Shown here piece after piece: positions 40,522 to 50,207 of a stretch of 64,000 nt of DNA (the first letter of the stretch is position 1; each line of letters starts with the position of its first letter). The notes below the pieces were generated by a model. That model was not told where the DNA came from. It saw only the letters and a program-made list of their open reading frames with translations, and did no database searches. Source of the DNA: an uncultured Chlamydiae bacterium (GTDB lineage: Bacteria > Chlamydiota > Chlamydiia > Chlamydiales > JAJFMB01); NCBI GenBank assembly GCA_963696295.1, contig CAVOJR010000001.1, forward strand, positions 1,920,001 to 1,984,000, in the 5' to 3' direction. The translations under genes were made by a program, and so were the position numbers.

Positions 40522-41616
40522 CTAACCCAATCTGTCAAGAGCTCTTTTAGCCAGTTTGAGTAAATCCACGCTGTTTAACAAACTTTCCCGCTCCTGATAG
40601 GCGCTATCGAAATCGCATTTTTGGTACAACCGGAACTGATTCATTTCCTCTTTGATTTTCAATATGTCTGCCTTTATTCCTTCCAGTTTTGCCTGGTTCG
40701 AATGAAAAGCCAGCTGCGCAGCGCCAATTTCAACATAAATGGCATTGACGGCCCAAAATGGGGGCTGCCCCTTTACCCCTTTCACGGTCTGAAAGGCTTG
40801 CGTTATTTCCAGATTGTTAATGCGGGTTTTGCCGCGGGTAAACTGCCCTGCCAATTCTGCTATAAACCGGTCGACACAGTTTGGGTCATATTCCGAAAGC
40901 CTGGTTCGCAGGCTTTCAAGGTAGAGCCTTTGCTCCTCAGGCAAGCGAAGGGCGTCGCACTTGATCCACTCGCCGTATTTCCCTGCCAGTCCCCTGTTTT
41001 GCTTTTCTAAGTTTTCGGCATCGCGCTCTAACTTTTTCAGGTTTGCTTTGGTGATTTTATCCTCGGCCGCTTTGACTCTATTACACAGATTATCCTTCAG
41101 AAATTCATCTAAAATTTTCCCTAAAACGTTTAATTGCTCTTTCAGAATGGCCACGTCTTTGGAAATTAGCTCATAATCTTCCAGCGGTTCACAATGTTTA
41201 ATAAAGGCGTTAAAGTTATTAAAATATTTACTGGCAATGCTTTCAATTTTGCGGTAATTGAGCCCGGACAGGAATATTATGGAGTTAGAGGTTGAAAAGT
41301 CAGCCGGGGTTAACTTTGCGGCGTGGGTTGCGCTTCTTCCCCCTTTCAGGCTGCATCCCGATTGCAGCAGAAGCTGGGTATACTGCTTTTCGAGCTGAAT
41401 CCTGTCTATCATCGCATTTGCCAGGTGCAGATTTTGTCTGGCTTCAAGAAAGACTTTGGAAATAAAATCGCCGCCGGCATTTCTTTGCACCTGACCCGCT
41501 CTTAAAGAGAGTTCAAAATTGAAATAAGCGTGCCGATTCATTGAGAAATTGCAGCGCTTTATTTTCCGCCACTCCTCTTCCAGTACATAAAAATTTCGTT
41601 CTATATTACTAATCAT
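40522..41616 (-). CDS. Hypothetical coiled-coil protein
   Basis: Long ORF; likely start MISNIE. Confidence 0.6.
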   Translation of the reverse strand: MISNIERNFYVLEEEWRKIKRCNFSMNRHAYFNFELSLRAGQVQRNAGGDFISKVFLEARQNLHLANAMIDRIQLEKQYTQLLLQSGCSLKGGRSATHAAKLTPADFSTSNSIIFLSGLNYRKIESIASKYFNNFNAFIKHCEPLEDYELISKDVAILKEQLNVLGKILDEFLKDNLCNRVKAAEDKITKANLKKLERDAENLEKQNRGLAGKYGEWIKCDALRLPEEQRLYLESLRTRLSEYDPNCVDRFIAELAGQFTRGKTRINNLEITQAFQTVKGVKGQPPFWAVNAIYVEIGAAQLAFHSNQAKLEGIKADILKIKEEMNQFRLYQKCDFDSAYQERESLLNSVDLLKLAKRALDRLG

Positions 41617-41706
41617 AAAAAATTTCAGTAAAATTATAATGAAAATTGAATAAAAAATAAAGGGTTTTATAAATACCATTGATTTTTCTGGCCAGATAGC
41701 CTAAAG

Positions 41707-42465
41707 TTGAAGACGATGATCAAATTCGTATTTTTTCTTATCTTATCCTTTCAAAGCATCCGGGCGGAAGCCTATGAACGCTTTGTAGGACTTGGCAGTT
41801 CTTGCGTGACGAGAACCCAAATAAACCACCATCTCAGCCAGCGCTTTCAGAGGCCTGCAAACTCTTTTGGGGGAGGGCAGCTTTTTGACTGGGTGATCAT
41901 TCATGATTATAATCTGTTTTCGCAAGCCATCGAAAATGATCTGGCCGATTTGTTTGAACGCTCGGACTTGATTGTAGGGGCTAATGTCCGCAACAAGAAG
42001 TACAAAATGACTTGGAGTCATCTTTTCAGTAAAAATGAAAAGGAGGTGTGTCCGGAGAATATTCTCGAGCTTGAATATGAGACAAAAAAGCAAAAGATCG
42101 AATATTTAATCGGGAAATTCAAAGGTTTGCGAGATTATCGGACTTTGTACATTATCGCCTATCCCTATGACGAGACCCAAAGCAATACGGTTGAGCCTGA
42201 TCCTTTTGTGCTTGTCCGCGTTTCAAAAGCTTTAGAAAAACTGCGCGGGAATCAAAATTTTTCCCTGCTTTACTGTCCCCTGAAGCAAAGATTCAATGAT
42301 TTTAATAACATCTTTGTCAGGCAAGTGGATAATCCCATTGACGCAGTCCCCATTTGGGTGGGTGATTATAATAAGTGGGATAAAATTCTCAAGGAATTTC
42401 CCTTTGCCATAGAAAAATCGGAACCGGACAGCAGTCACATGGACAACAGCAAATTCGTCCAATAA
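41707..42465 (+). CDS. DUF1796-like putative papain-like cysteine peptidase, exported
   Basis: Signal peptide; GLGSSC and LFDW motifs, later H. Confidence 0.7.
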   Translation: MKTMIKFVFFLILSFQSIRAEAYERFVGLGSSCVTRTQINHHLSQRFQRPANSFGGGQLFDWVIIHDYNLFSQAIENDLADLFERSDLIVGANVRNKKYKMTWSHLFSKNEKEVCPENILELEYETKKQKIEYLIGKFKGLRDYRTLYIIAYPYDETQSNTVEPDPFVLVRVSKALEKLRGNQNFSLLYCPLKQRFNDFNNIFVRQVDNPIDAVPIWVGDYNKWDKILKEFPFAIEKSEPDSSHMDNSKFVQ

Positions 42466-42521
42466 GAAGTTTTCTTTATTTCTCTCTTTTGGTATAATTT
42501 GGGGTTTATTTATGGAATGCC

Positions 42522-43514
42522 ATGGAACCAACTTGTTTTGTACGAAATTATAAGAGTGAAGAAGAATACTGTAAAAAAATCAATAACCTGCGATGGAAAG
42601 GGCACTTTGTAACAAGCATGGTTTCTAAATCCGTGCAATTGGAAGAATCCGCGCTTTTGCTTTGGGTTAGGATCAAAATTTACGCCTTCCTCTCTTTTTT
42701 TAGCAGCTACTACAACGACAAATATCATAAACATATTCATCGCTTACCGCGAACTTATAGTATTAACCTTATTCAAGAGACAGCAAGCACTATACCGCAA
42801 CTCAAAGCCAAAGAATCCGAGGTAACCGACAAAGCCAAAGAACCCGAGGTAACCGGCAAAGCCAAAGAACCCGAGGTAACCGGCAAAGCCAAAGAACCCG
42901 AGGTAACCGACAAAGCCAAAGAATCCGAGGTAACCGGCAAAGCCAAAGAACCCGAGGAAACCGGCAAACCGGCTGAAAGTCCATTTAGAGAATGTTTTTT
43001 CAAAACTCTACCCGAGGATCTATCAACTCTAGGCCCTCTGTCAGACCTTGAATCAAAGGCTCTTAAAAGCGTCCTTACATTGACAAAATTATTAGAATTG
43101 AAAATCCCTTTATATGATCTGCCCAGGTTCCCAATACCCATAAACAGCATCGATGGTCTATGGAGTTTGCTTTCCTCCGAAAAAATGAAGAAAATTGAAC
43201 ACCCAATTTCTTTTGGATTTGACGGAGATGGTTGGCCCTTTATCGTCATCGTCGTATTAGATGCTGAAGAGTTAGCAACTGCGCGGTCGATTTTTCTTTA
43301 CTGCGGGCCCCTGGGAAGTCATTGCATTCAATGGGGTGGTTGGTGGGAATCTCACAACGGTCTTTCATGTCCATCATTCTTTAATGAAAGGATATTTATT
43401 AATCGATCAGGTGAATTGATTGATTATCCACAAGAGATTCAAGGATTTAAAGACCTTCTGACGAATGGAAGCTCTGCAGATTTTTACGGAAAGAAGTGGA
43501 TCTTAAAACGCTGA
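42522..43514 (+). CDS. Hypothetical protein with 9-aa repeat linker
   Basis: 330-aa ORF. Confidence 0.7.
   Translation: MEPTCFVRNYKSEEEYCKKINNLRWKGHFVTSMVSKSVQLEESALLLWVRIKIYAFLSFFSSYYNDKYHKHIHRLPRTYSINLIQETASTIPQLKAKESEVTDKAKEPEVTGKAKEPEVTGKAKEPEVTDKAKESEVTGKAKEPEETGKPAESPFRECFFKTLPEDLSTLGPLSDLESKALKSVLTLTKLLELKIPLYDLPRFPIPINSIDGLWSLLSSEKMKKIEHPISFGFDGDGWPFIVIVVLDAEELATARSIFLYCGPLGSHCIQWGGWWESHNGLSCPSFFNERIFINRSGELIDYPQEIQGFKDLLTNGSSADFYGKKWILKR
42803..42968 (+). repeat. 27-bp tandem repeat x6 (KAKE[P/S]EVT[G/D])
   Basis: Contiguous units CAAAGCCAAAGAAYCCGAGGTAACCGR with no spacers. Confidence 0.95.
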
Positions 43515-43715
43515 TTTTCCGTAAAGCCATACGCACGTCTTAATAAACTCAAAAACTCTTGATCGGCAATCTGGAGATGTGTTGATATGCAAAAAAAAGG
43601 GACGCTGACGTGCTTATACACAAACAACCAAATTTGGGCGATTCAACGATCGCAAATAGGTCAATATTAACCTATTTGCGATCGTTGAATCCCGAGGCTT
43701 CGGCAATCCCAAATT

Positions 43716-45293
43716 TTGAGGTTGTTTGTGTATAATTATGTTTTTCCGACAATTTTTGGAGCATTCGGCATCTTCTTAATCGCCTATAAACTCTTCTCTT
43801 CCAGTATGAAGGATTTGATGGGCGGGTATCTGCGCAACCTGATAAAAAAAAATACATCTACCCATTTTAAATCCCTTTTTTGGGGGTCGGTTTTGGGTTT
43901 GATCGCCATTGATCCCATTTTGACTATCTGCATTATCGCCAGTTTGTGGTCGAGCCAATCGATCTCTTCGAAAAAAGCTATGATCCTTTGCACATGGGCC
44001 AACTTTGGCGCCTGCTTTCTCTACTTTCTAGCTTTTATCAATATGGATTTACTTATCCTTTACCTGCTGGGAATAGTCGGCGTGGCTTATTTTTTGGAAA
44101 AACCTTTCCAGTTACGCCATGTGATGGGGACCCTGTTTGCTTTGCTCCTCTTATTATACGCTTTGATGCTGATCAAATCCCAGTCGGCGAAAATTATTGA
44201 AATCAGTTTCGTCAAAGAGAGCATTAACCAAATACACAATTCTTATTTCACTCCCTTTCTCTTTGCCGCCGTATTAACCTGCATCATCCAAGCCGATATT
44301 GTGGTTTTAGTGCTGGTTGCCGGCCTGGCCGCCGGTCATGTGTTATCGGAAAATCAAACCCTCTTCATGGTTTATGGCACACAAGCCGGCCTGGGTCTGG
44401 TGGGCGCCATCATCACCTGGAATGTTAAGGGGATGATGAAACAGCTTTTCTTTATTCAAGCTTTGGTTAATCTGGTCATCGGATTGTTTTTTGCCTTTTT
44501 ATTGATGATCGAACTTTGTACAGGCATTCCGATGGTCAAAGCGTTGATTTTATCCATCTCCAAAGATCCTTGGCCTCAAATTCTATTCCTGATCTTCTTT
44601 ACAAATATTATCGTCTGCAGTGTCATCTCATTTTTTATCGATCCTATTTATGCCTGGATAAACAAGCTCATCCCTCTAAGCGGCACAGCAGATCCTTCCC
44701 GGCCAACCTACCTTTCTCAATCTGTCATTAACGATCCGGAGTGCTTTCTGGATTTACTGGAATTAGAGTTGACCGATCTCTTTAAACGGCTGCCGCAATA
44801 TCTCGCCTATAAAATTGAGCATTTTTCCACCGAAGCCTCCCTGGAGCTTCAGCACACCCAATTTAAGGCGGTTATGCAGGAACTGGATCAGCTGCTCAAG
44901 GAATTCAACCTGCAAATCTTCACTCCCGAGACCGCCAGCCGCATGCTGATGCTGACTGAGCGCATGAATTTTATAAGTCTATTAGAGTTAGACACATACT
45001 ACTTAACTCAAATCAACTTACCCGCAAACATCTCAAAAAGCCTGCGAAAAATGGCGCTGGAAATCTATCAAGCGCAATTGGATTGGTTTCAGAGGGTTAT
45101 TCTTATGGATAAGCGGGCTTTAGGGGCTGCTCTCGCAGAGTTCCATTCCACCCTTGAAAAGTTTCAACTTTCCGATTTGCGCCGGGAAAAGGGTTCATCG
45201 ATTTTAGGGAAGGCTTTGATCTTAAAAATGATTAACCATTTGGACAGGAATTTATGGATCATAGAAAACCTGTATCAGCAATATCGGACATAA
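43716..45293 (+). CDS. Na/Pi-cotransporter-family membrane protein (divergent)
   Basis: Multi-TM; SMKDLMGGYLR..FWG and WANFG pattern; helical C-terminal domain. Start uncertain. Confidence 0.7.
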   Translation: MRLFVYNYVFPTIFGAFGIFLIAYKLFSSSMKDLMGGYLRNLIKKNTSTHFKSLFWGSVLGLIAIDPILTICIIASLWSSQSISSKKAMILCTWANFGACFLYFLAFINMDLLILYLLGIVGVAYFLEKPFQLRHVMGTLFALLLLLYALMLIKSQSAKIIEISFVKESINQIHNSYFTPFLFAAVLTCIIQADIVVLVLVAGLAAGHVLSENQTLFMVYGTQAGLGLVGAIITWNVKGMMKQLFFIQALVNLVIGLFFAFLLMIELCTGIPMVKALILSISKDPWPQILFLIFFTNIIVCSVISFFIDPIYAWINKLIPLSGTADPSRPTYLSQSVINDPECFLDLLELELTDLFKRLPQYLAYKIEHFSTEASLELQHTQFKAVMQELDQLLKEFNLQIFTPETASRMLMLTERMNFISLLELDTYYLTQINLPANISKSLRKMALEIYQAQLDWFQRVILMDKRALGAALAEFHSTLEKFQLSDLRREKGSSILGKALILKMINHLDRNLWIIENLYQQYRT

Positions 45294-45294
45294 A

Positions 45295-47934
45295 TTAATC
45301 CAGCCATCTTTGAATTCGTTTGGCTTCGAAACGGAGTTTTTTGGGCGTTGCGGTATCGGTTAGCGCTTCAAGGATGGACGGCATCCGAACCCTTAGATCC
45401 GCTTCCTTAGGGCTGATATAGGACCCTTTGGGAATAAATAAACACATAGCCGCCTGGCGTAGAGCCGCGACGCGCTTCTCCTCGGAAATGGCGGGATCGC
45501 GCATCGCTTTGTCTAATAGCGCATTATCACATTTCCAAAAGCGATGCCAACGTCGACTCCCTTCCTCACCAGAAGATGACAGGGGTCTCTTTGGGGCGGA
45601 GAGCTCGTCGGAAATTTTAACGCCGGCAGGCAAGGGAAATCGGGGATTGTATATTTGAATATGCTTTAATACTATTTCTATTCTTTGAGGATAACCATTG
45701 CTGTTAGCGGCATAATCTATCAAGGTTTGCACGACATGGTCAAATTCACTTTGATCCTCAGTCTCCATTGCGATGTACTTTAAGATGGAAAAAAAGCGGA
45801 TCTCCTTGTTGAAGAGCGCCTCGCAAAAGCGGTCTGTGATTTTTCTCCCTCCCAAGGCGGCAATGGCGGGATAAGCCTGCCTTGGCATAAGCCAGATAAC
45901 TTCTTCCAGGTACTCAGGCTCCTTCAGATCTAAAAGCGGAGTGAGGATTTCAGCGCAAATGTCCACTTTGAGCGCATGCCAGGAGGCATGGGTTTTCTCA
46001 AGAATGTTCAATGCCTCGATTCTACGCTGATAATCTGGGCTTTTAGCGGCAATCTCTTCAAATCTTTTCCTGACACTTTCTTCATGAAGATAGGGGGCGA
46101 GTTCAGAGAATTCTCCATATTTGAAGAGAAGGTCGATAGCTCTTTGCTTTAAGGAGGGTTCTTCCAAAGCTTTGCCTAATGCCGCAGCTGCCCCGGGATT
46201 TTTTTTCTCCTCCAAAATTTTCTCAAAAATATCTAAAACGCCGTAATGGGTCAGGTAATTTCCCAAGAACTCTATCTCATCATCCATGTAAAAACTCCAA
46301 AAGCGGTAGTGATCGATGAGGAAGCGCACAGGGTCTTCATGCTCTTTGGCATAGGGGACGATTTTGGTATAACCGCGGGAGGCGAAATCTATCCTGGATG
46401 AGATGGAAATGCTTTGAAGGCTCTCTTCGTCTTTTAAAACAATCGGGTGGGCGACAAAATGGGGCTCATAGCGTAAACCGTGAGGCGAGCTCTCCACATA
46501 TAGGGTTTTTTCATCGGGGGAAATTCTCCAAGGGGATTTCAGTTCCTCGGCGAAATGTTTGACCATCCTTTTTTTATAGAATTCTTCATATTTGGCTAGA
46601 AGGAGATCATCGCCCGGCACTTCAAACCGGACGGCATCAGGAGGTATGGCGCTCACCGGCCCATCGGGCAATTGGTAAGCATGGGCTTTGAGGGCAGCGC
46701 CTACCGTTTTGCCGCTCCATTTCGTTAATGCCTCTCTTTGCGAGGGGTAAATTTGCTTTTGTAAAACGGCCTCATCAACAAATGTGGCATCGATCACTCT
46801 GTTTAAGCACTCATCCATTTCAGTTTGTGTGGGTATACGCAAGCTCTCTTCATATAGCTCGTTAGAATAGACTTGAAATCCATTTGCCCCTTTTTCAGCG
46901 ATCAGAACTTGACCCTGATACAGTTTATAGCTCGTCACCTGCGGATGCTCTTTGATAGTTGCGATCAGGGCCGCTCTCTCTCTGCGTATTTTGAGATAGC
47001 CCCACTCGATTGCCTCAGGCGGCACGCAAGAATCCTTGCCAAAAGGGTCGCGCACGAGGGAGCGCACCAAGGAGAGGGATAAGGGGACATCCAGATCGAT
47101 GAGCCGGACCTCTTCCCCTCTTTTCTCGGCCGGAGAGATCACATTTTTTTGGATGTAATCGAGCGTCAATAGACGGGAATCGAAAATAAAACGGAGGGCT
47201 TTTTGCTGAAAAACGCCATTCAGATAATTGGAAAACAGGGCATTTGCCTCTTCATAAATCTGGACATTAGTCAATTTAAGCTGTTTTTTGAGAAAATATT
47301 TGAGCGGGTCTAGGCTCAATACAGGTAATTCTTCAGTCTGATCCAAAGCCGTTTTGAATATTTCCTGCAGCAGGGAGGTTTTGCCGGATCCCGTATTGCC
47401 GCGAATGGCATAAAAGAGCGGCGCCTGGATTTGCCTGGAAAAACTGACCATGCGGGCAAATTGGGCGGCAATCGCTTTGGCCTGGTGGCCTACCTCCTCC
47501 TGCATCCAGTTTTCCGGCCGGCACAGGTAATCGATATCCCCCATCTTTTGCGGATCTACTGTCATCGTATACGCCTCAGTGGTGGACATCTGGGGCGAGC
47601 AGAGCTGCAGGATCTCTTTGCGAAGGGGATAGGAAGAGTGCGCCATTATCCGGTTTTTCAAAGCGAGATCGATAATTTTTACGATGCGTAAAAAATGGCG
47701 CGCGTTTACCGGATTGATCCCGACCTCTTCTAAGGCAACGTCCCCTCTTAAGTACTTGATAACCTGCCGCTCATTTTTCGTCAGATTACGACGCCCTTTA
47801 TCATCGACAATGTTGGGAAATTTCTTAATGCCCCAAAACTTGGGATCTTTTCTCGCCCACTCTTCTCTCTGCTCGATCTCGAGAGCGCACTTTTGTACAT
47901 TATCATACAAATAAATATCCTCCGCCCGAATCAT
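45295..47934 (-). CDS. Zeta-toxin-like P-loop kinase with long helical C-terminus
   Basis: IRGNTGSGKTS, LSLDPLK, FIFDS, DVPLSLSLVR..R. Confidence 0.6.
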   Translation of the reverse strand: MIRAEDIYLYDNVQKCALEIEQREEWARKDPKFWGIKKFPNIVDDKGRRNLTKNERQVIKYLRGDVALEEVGINPVNARHFLRIVKIIDLALKNRIMAHSSYPLRKEILQLCSPQMSTTEAYTMTVDPQKMGDIDYLCRPENWMQEEVGHQAKAIAAQFARMVSFSRQIQAPLFYAIRGNTGSGKTSLLQEIFKTALDQTEELPVLSLDPLKYFLKKQLKLTNVQIYEEANALFSNYLNGVFQQKALRFIFDSRLLTLDYIQKNVISPAEKRGEEVRLIDLDVPLSLSLVRSLVRDPFGKDSCVPPEAIEWGYLKIRRERAALIATIKEHPQVTSYKLYQGQVLIAEKGANGFQVYSNELYEESLRIPTQTEMDECLNRVIDATFVDEAVLQKQIYPSQREALTKWSGKTVGAALKAHAYQLPDGPVSAIPPDAVRFEVPGDDLLLAKYEEFYKKRMVKHFAEELKSPWRISPDEKTLYVESSPHGLRYEPHFVAHPIVLKDEESLQSISISSRIDFASRGYTKIVPYAKEHEDPVRFLIDHYRFWSFYMDDEIEFLGNYLTHYGVLDIFEKILEEKKNPGAAAALGKALEEPSLKQRAIDLLFKYGEFSELAPYLHEESVRKRFEEIAAKSPDYQRRIEALNILEKTHASWHALKVDICAEILTPLLDLKEPEYLEEVIWLMPRQAYPAIAALGGRKITDRFCEALFNKEIRFFSILKYIAMETEDQSEFDHVVQTLIDYAANSNGYPQRIEIVLKHIQIYNPRFPLPAGVKISDELSAPKRPLSSSGEEGSRRWHRFWKCDNALLDKAMRDPAISEEKRVAALRQAAMCLFIPKGSYISPKEADLRVRMPSILEALTDTATPKKLRFEAKRIQRWLD

Positions 47935-49061
47935 ACCGTCACCTGCCGATCCAGCCTAAGGGCATAGAGCAGTGCGGCGAAGCATAGAAAACCGCAGCAA
48001 ATAAATAGGGCAGGAGCACTTGAAAATGTAAAAATAAGCTGTCCGAGGAAGGGGCAGATGCACCCCCTAATACCAACTAGAGCGAGATTGACGCTGGAAT
48101 AAACAGTACTTTCATTTTCTTTGGAAAAAATAGGGCCCGAGAGGTTCCAGCTAAGCTCGCAACCCGCCTGCATCGCTCCATACATCAGATAGCCGAAAAA
48201 CAGCCAGTTGACATGCTCGGGAGATAATAGAACTGATAGAATAAATAAACAGGTGAGCATATTCATATAGGCGTTGAGGCGAAATAATGAGATTCTCTTT
48301 ACTAACTTGGCCCAAGATGAGGAGGTGCAAAGAAAGGAAATCCCCTTGCAAAAACTAAATGCCAGCGTCAATTGTCCGTACGACAAATCGAGAGCTTCTT
48401 TAAAAAAGCCGGGCAGGAGGGGCTGCATGGCGATAATGCCGGCGCCTCCCAAAAAGAACATCCACAAGTATCTGCCAAAAGCCCTGTTCCCGCTCAATAA
48501 ATGATAGGCCCCTTTGAGGGGAGATAAAGCCTTAGTAGTTGGGTCATTTGGCAAAAAAGCGAGCAATAACGTGTTCAACAATTGCAATGCGGCCAGGCCA
48601 AAAAAAAGCCACTTCCAAATTCCAAGATCGAGCCAAATGGAGAATAAGACCGGTAGAACCATGATGCTCGTGTAATTGATCATTGTCCCTTTGGAAACCA
48701 CGCTGCCCATGGAAATCACCCCGATGTTTTTTTTCAAAAGCTCGGCCCAGACCGGGAAGGCCCCTCTTTGGGTGGTCAGGAAAATGGCGTAAGCGGCGAT
48801 GAAAAAAAGCGGGTTTTCCATCCAGGGGAATAAGAGACAGGGCAAAAGCCCCGCCGTATTTAAAATCAAAAGATAGCTGCGTTTGTTCACCCCAAAGGAA
48901 CTGATGTAGAAAGAGAGCAAAGAGACTATCGGCTTGATGCAGGCCATGAGAGTCAAATGCCATAAGGCGACATCGAGTTCTTTGCTTAAGATAAAAATCA
49001 GAATCGTATAGAGCGCTTCCAAAGGGCTGCATAAAAGACGACTGCAAAGATATAAATTCAT
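47931..49061 (-). CDS. MFS transporter
   Basis: Many hydrophobic segments in two halves; operon with lysR. Confidence 0.8.
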   Translation of the reverse strand: MNLYLCSRLLCSPLEALYTILIFILSKELDVALWHLTLMACIKPIVSLLSFYISSFGVNKRSYLLILNTAGLLPCLLFPWMENPLFFIAAYAIFLTTQRGAFPVWAELLKKNIGVISMGSVVSKGTMINYTSIMVLPVLFSIWLDLGIWKWLFFGLAALQLLNTLLLAFLPNDPTTKALSPLKGAYHLLSGNRAFGRYLWMFFLGGAGIIAMQPLLPGFFKEALDLSYGQLTLAFSFCKGISFLCTSSSWAKLVKRISLFRLNAYMNMLTCLFILSVLLSPEHVNWLFFGYLMYGAMQAGCELSWNLSGPIFSKENESTVYSSVNLALVGIRGCICPFLGQLIFTFSSAPALFICCGFLCFAALLYALRLDRQVTV

Positions 49062-49064
49062 CTT

Positions 49065-49910
49065 TTACTCCAGCGAAAATTGGTCAATAAAAGCGGTTGC
49101 AGCACGGGAGAGCTTCTCCCCTTTGTTGTAGATGGCGCATATTTCATACTCAAGCGGGGGGATTTCCAGTGGGTAGGGCTTGATGGTGGGGTAGCGATTG
49201 TTCATCATGATGAAATCGGGATAAAAACCAACGCCGATTCCCATCTCGGTAAACCGCGCGACCACCTCCCAGCTCGAAAGGGCAGCTTGAATTTTTATGC
49301 CAGCACATTCGCAAAGCTCTTTAACGTATGTGCCCTCCCGATAATCCACCAAAACACCGCTTTCAATCAGGTGCAAGGGGCTATTTAAACTTTGGTAGAG
49401 CTGCAATTTCCCTTTTTTTAGGGGGTGTTTGGCAAATTGTTTGAAGTTTTGATCGTAGACCACGATGGCAAATTCAGCGTCTTTGCTCTTGAGCATATTC
49501 CGAATAAAATTCAAACCGCCCGTTTCGAACTCGAGATGGACTTGAGGCTTGTAAAGCCGCATCTTTTTGTAGGAGGGGGCGAGAAACGACATGCCTAAGC
49601 TTTTTGTGGTCACAAATTTGACCGATCCGGTCAAGGCTTCTTTGGTGTGGCTGATGGTGTCATGGATATCTTGAATCGATTTGAAGATATATCTCGCCTG
49701 GTCAAAAACGATCTTCCCCTCTTCAGTGATCTGAAATTTCTGACGGGAATGGACCAATAAACTGACCCCCATGCTCACTTCTAATTTGGAGATAGCCTGG
49801 CTCACGGCGGATTGCGTCACAAAATTGATCTTCGCCGCCTCTGAAATACTATCGTAAACAACCGAATCACAAAAATACTTTAAATGTAATAAGTTAATCT
49901 GAGGTTTCAT
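49065..49910 (-). CDS. LysR-family transcriptional regulator
   Basis: SISEAAKINFVTQSAVSQAISKLE; GIGVGF; likely start MKPQIN. Confidence 0.92.
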   Translation of the reverse strand: MKPQINLLHLKYFCDSVVYDSISEAAKINFVTQSAVSQAISKLEVSMGVSLLVHSRQKFQITEEGKIVFDQARYIFKSIQDIHDTISHTKEALTGSVKFVTTKSLGMSFLAPSYKKMRLYKPQVHLEFETGGLNFIRNMLKSKDAEFAIVVYDQNFKQFAKHPLKKGKLQLYQSLNSPLHLIESGVLVDYREGTYVKELCECAGIKIQAALSSWEVVARFTEMGIGVGFYPDFIMMNNRYPTIKPYPLEIPPLEYEICAIYNKGEKLSRAATAFIDQFSLE

Positions 49911-50118
49911 GTGGAATAGAATACAAAATATAATGTTTAAACACAATTATAATAATATTTAACACGCGACTCATTAATAAAACTTATATGCTTTATCAGT
50001 TTTTCAAATTATTGATTAAATTAATTGGTTCTGTAAATTAGCTCTAACTTATTAATTTTGAGAGGCTACGGTAGCTAATACGGTAATCCGTTAACCTCCT
50101 TTAAGCTAATCTTAGTTC

Positions 50119-50186
50119 TATACCCAAACAACTTGAAGAGTTGGGAATAACCGACAAAGACCAACTCTTTAAGTTATTTGGGTATA
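50119..50186 (+). promoter_or_regulatory. 26-bp-stem hairpin in the operon leader
   Basis: TATACCCAAACAACTTGAAGAGTTGG-N16-CCAACTCTTTAAGTTATTTGGGTATA, 24/26 Watson-Crick. Confidence 0.75.
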
Positions 50187-50207
50187 AATTAACCATTTGA
50201 GGTTTAG

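Noticed and set aside
42803..42968. CRISPR array
   Set aside because: Units are contiguous, have no spacers, lie in frame within a CDS, and no cas genes are present
50030..50207. Retron msr-msd
   Set aside because: No reverse transcriptase (YADD-type motif) is encoded nearby
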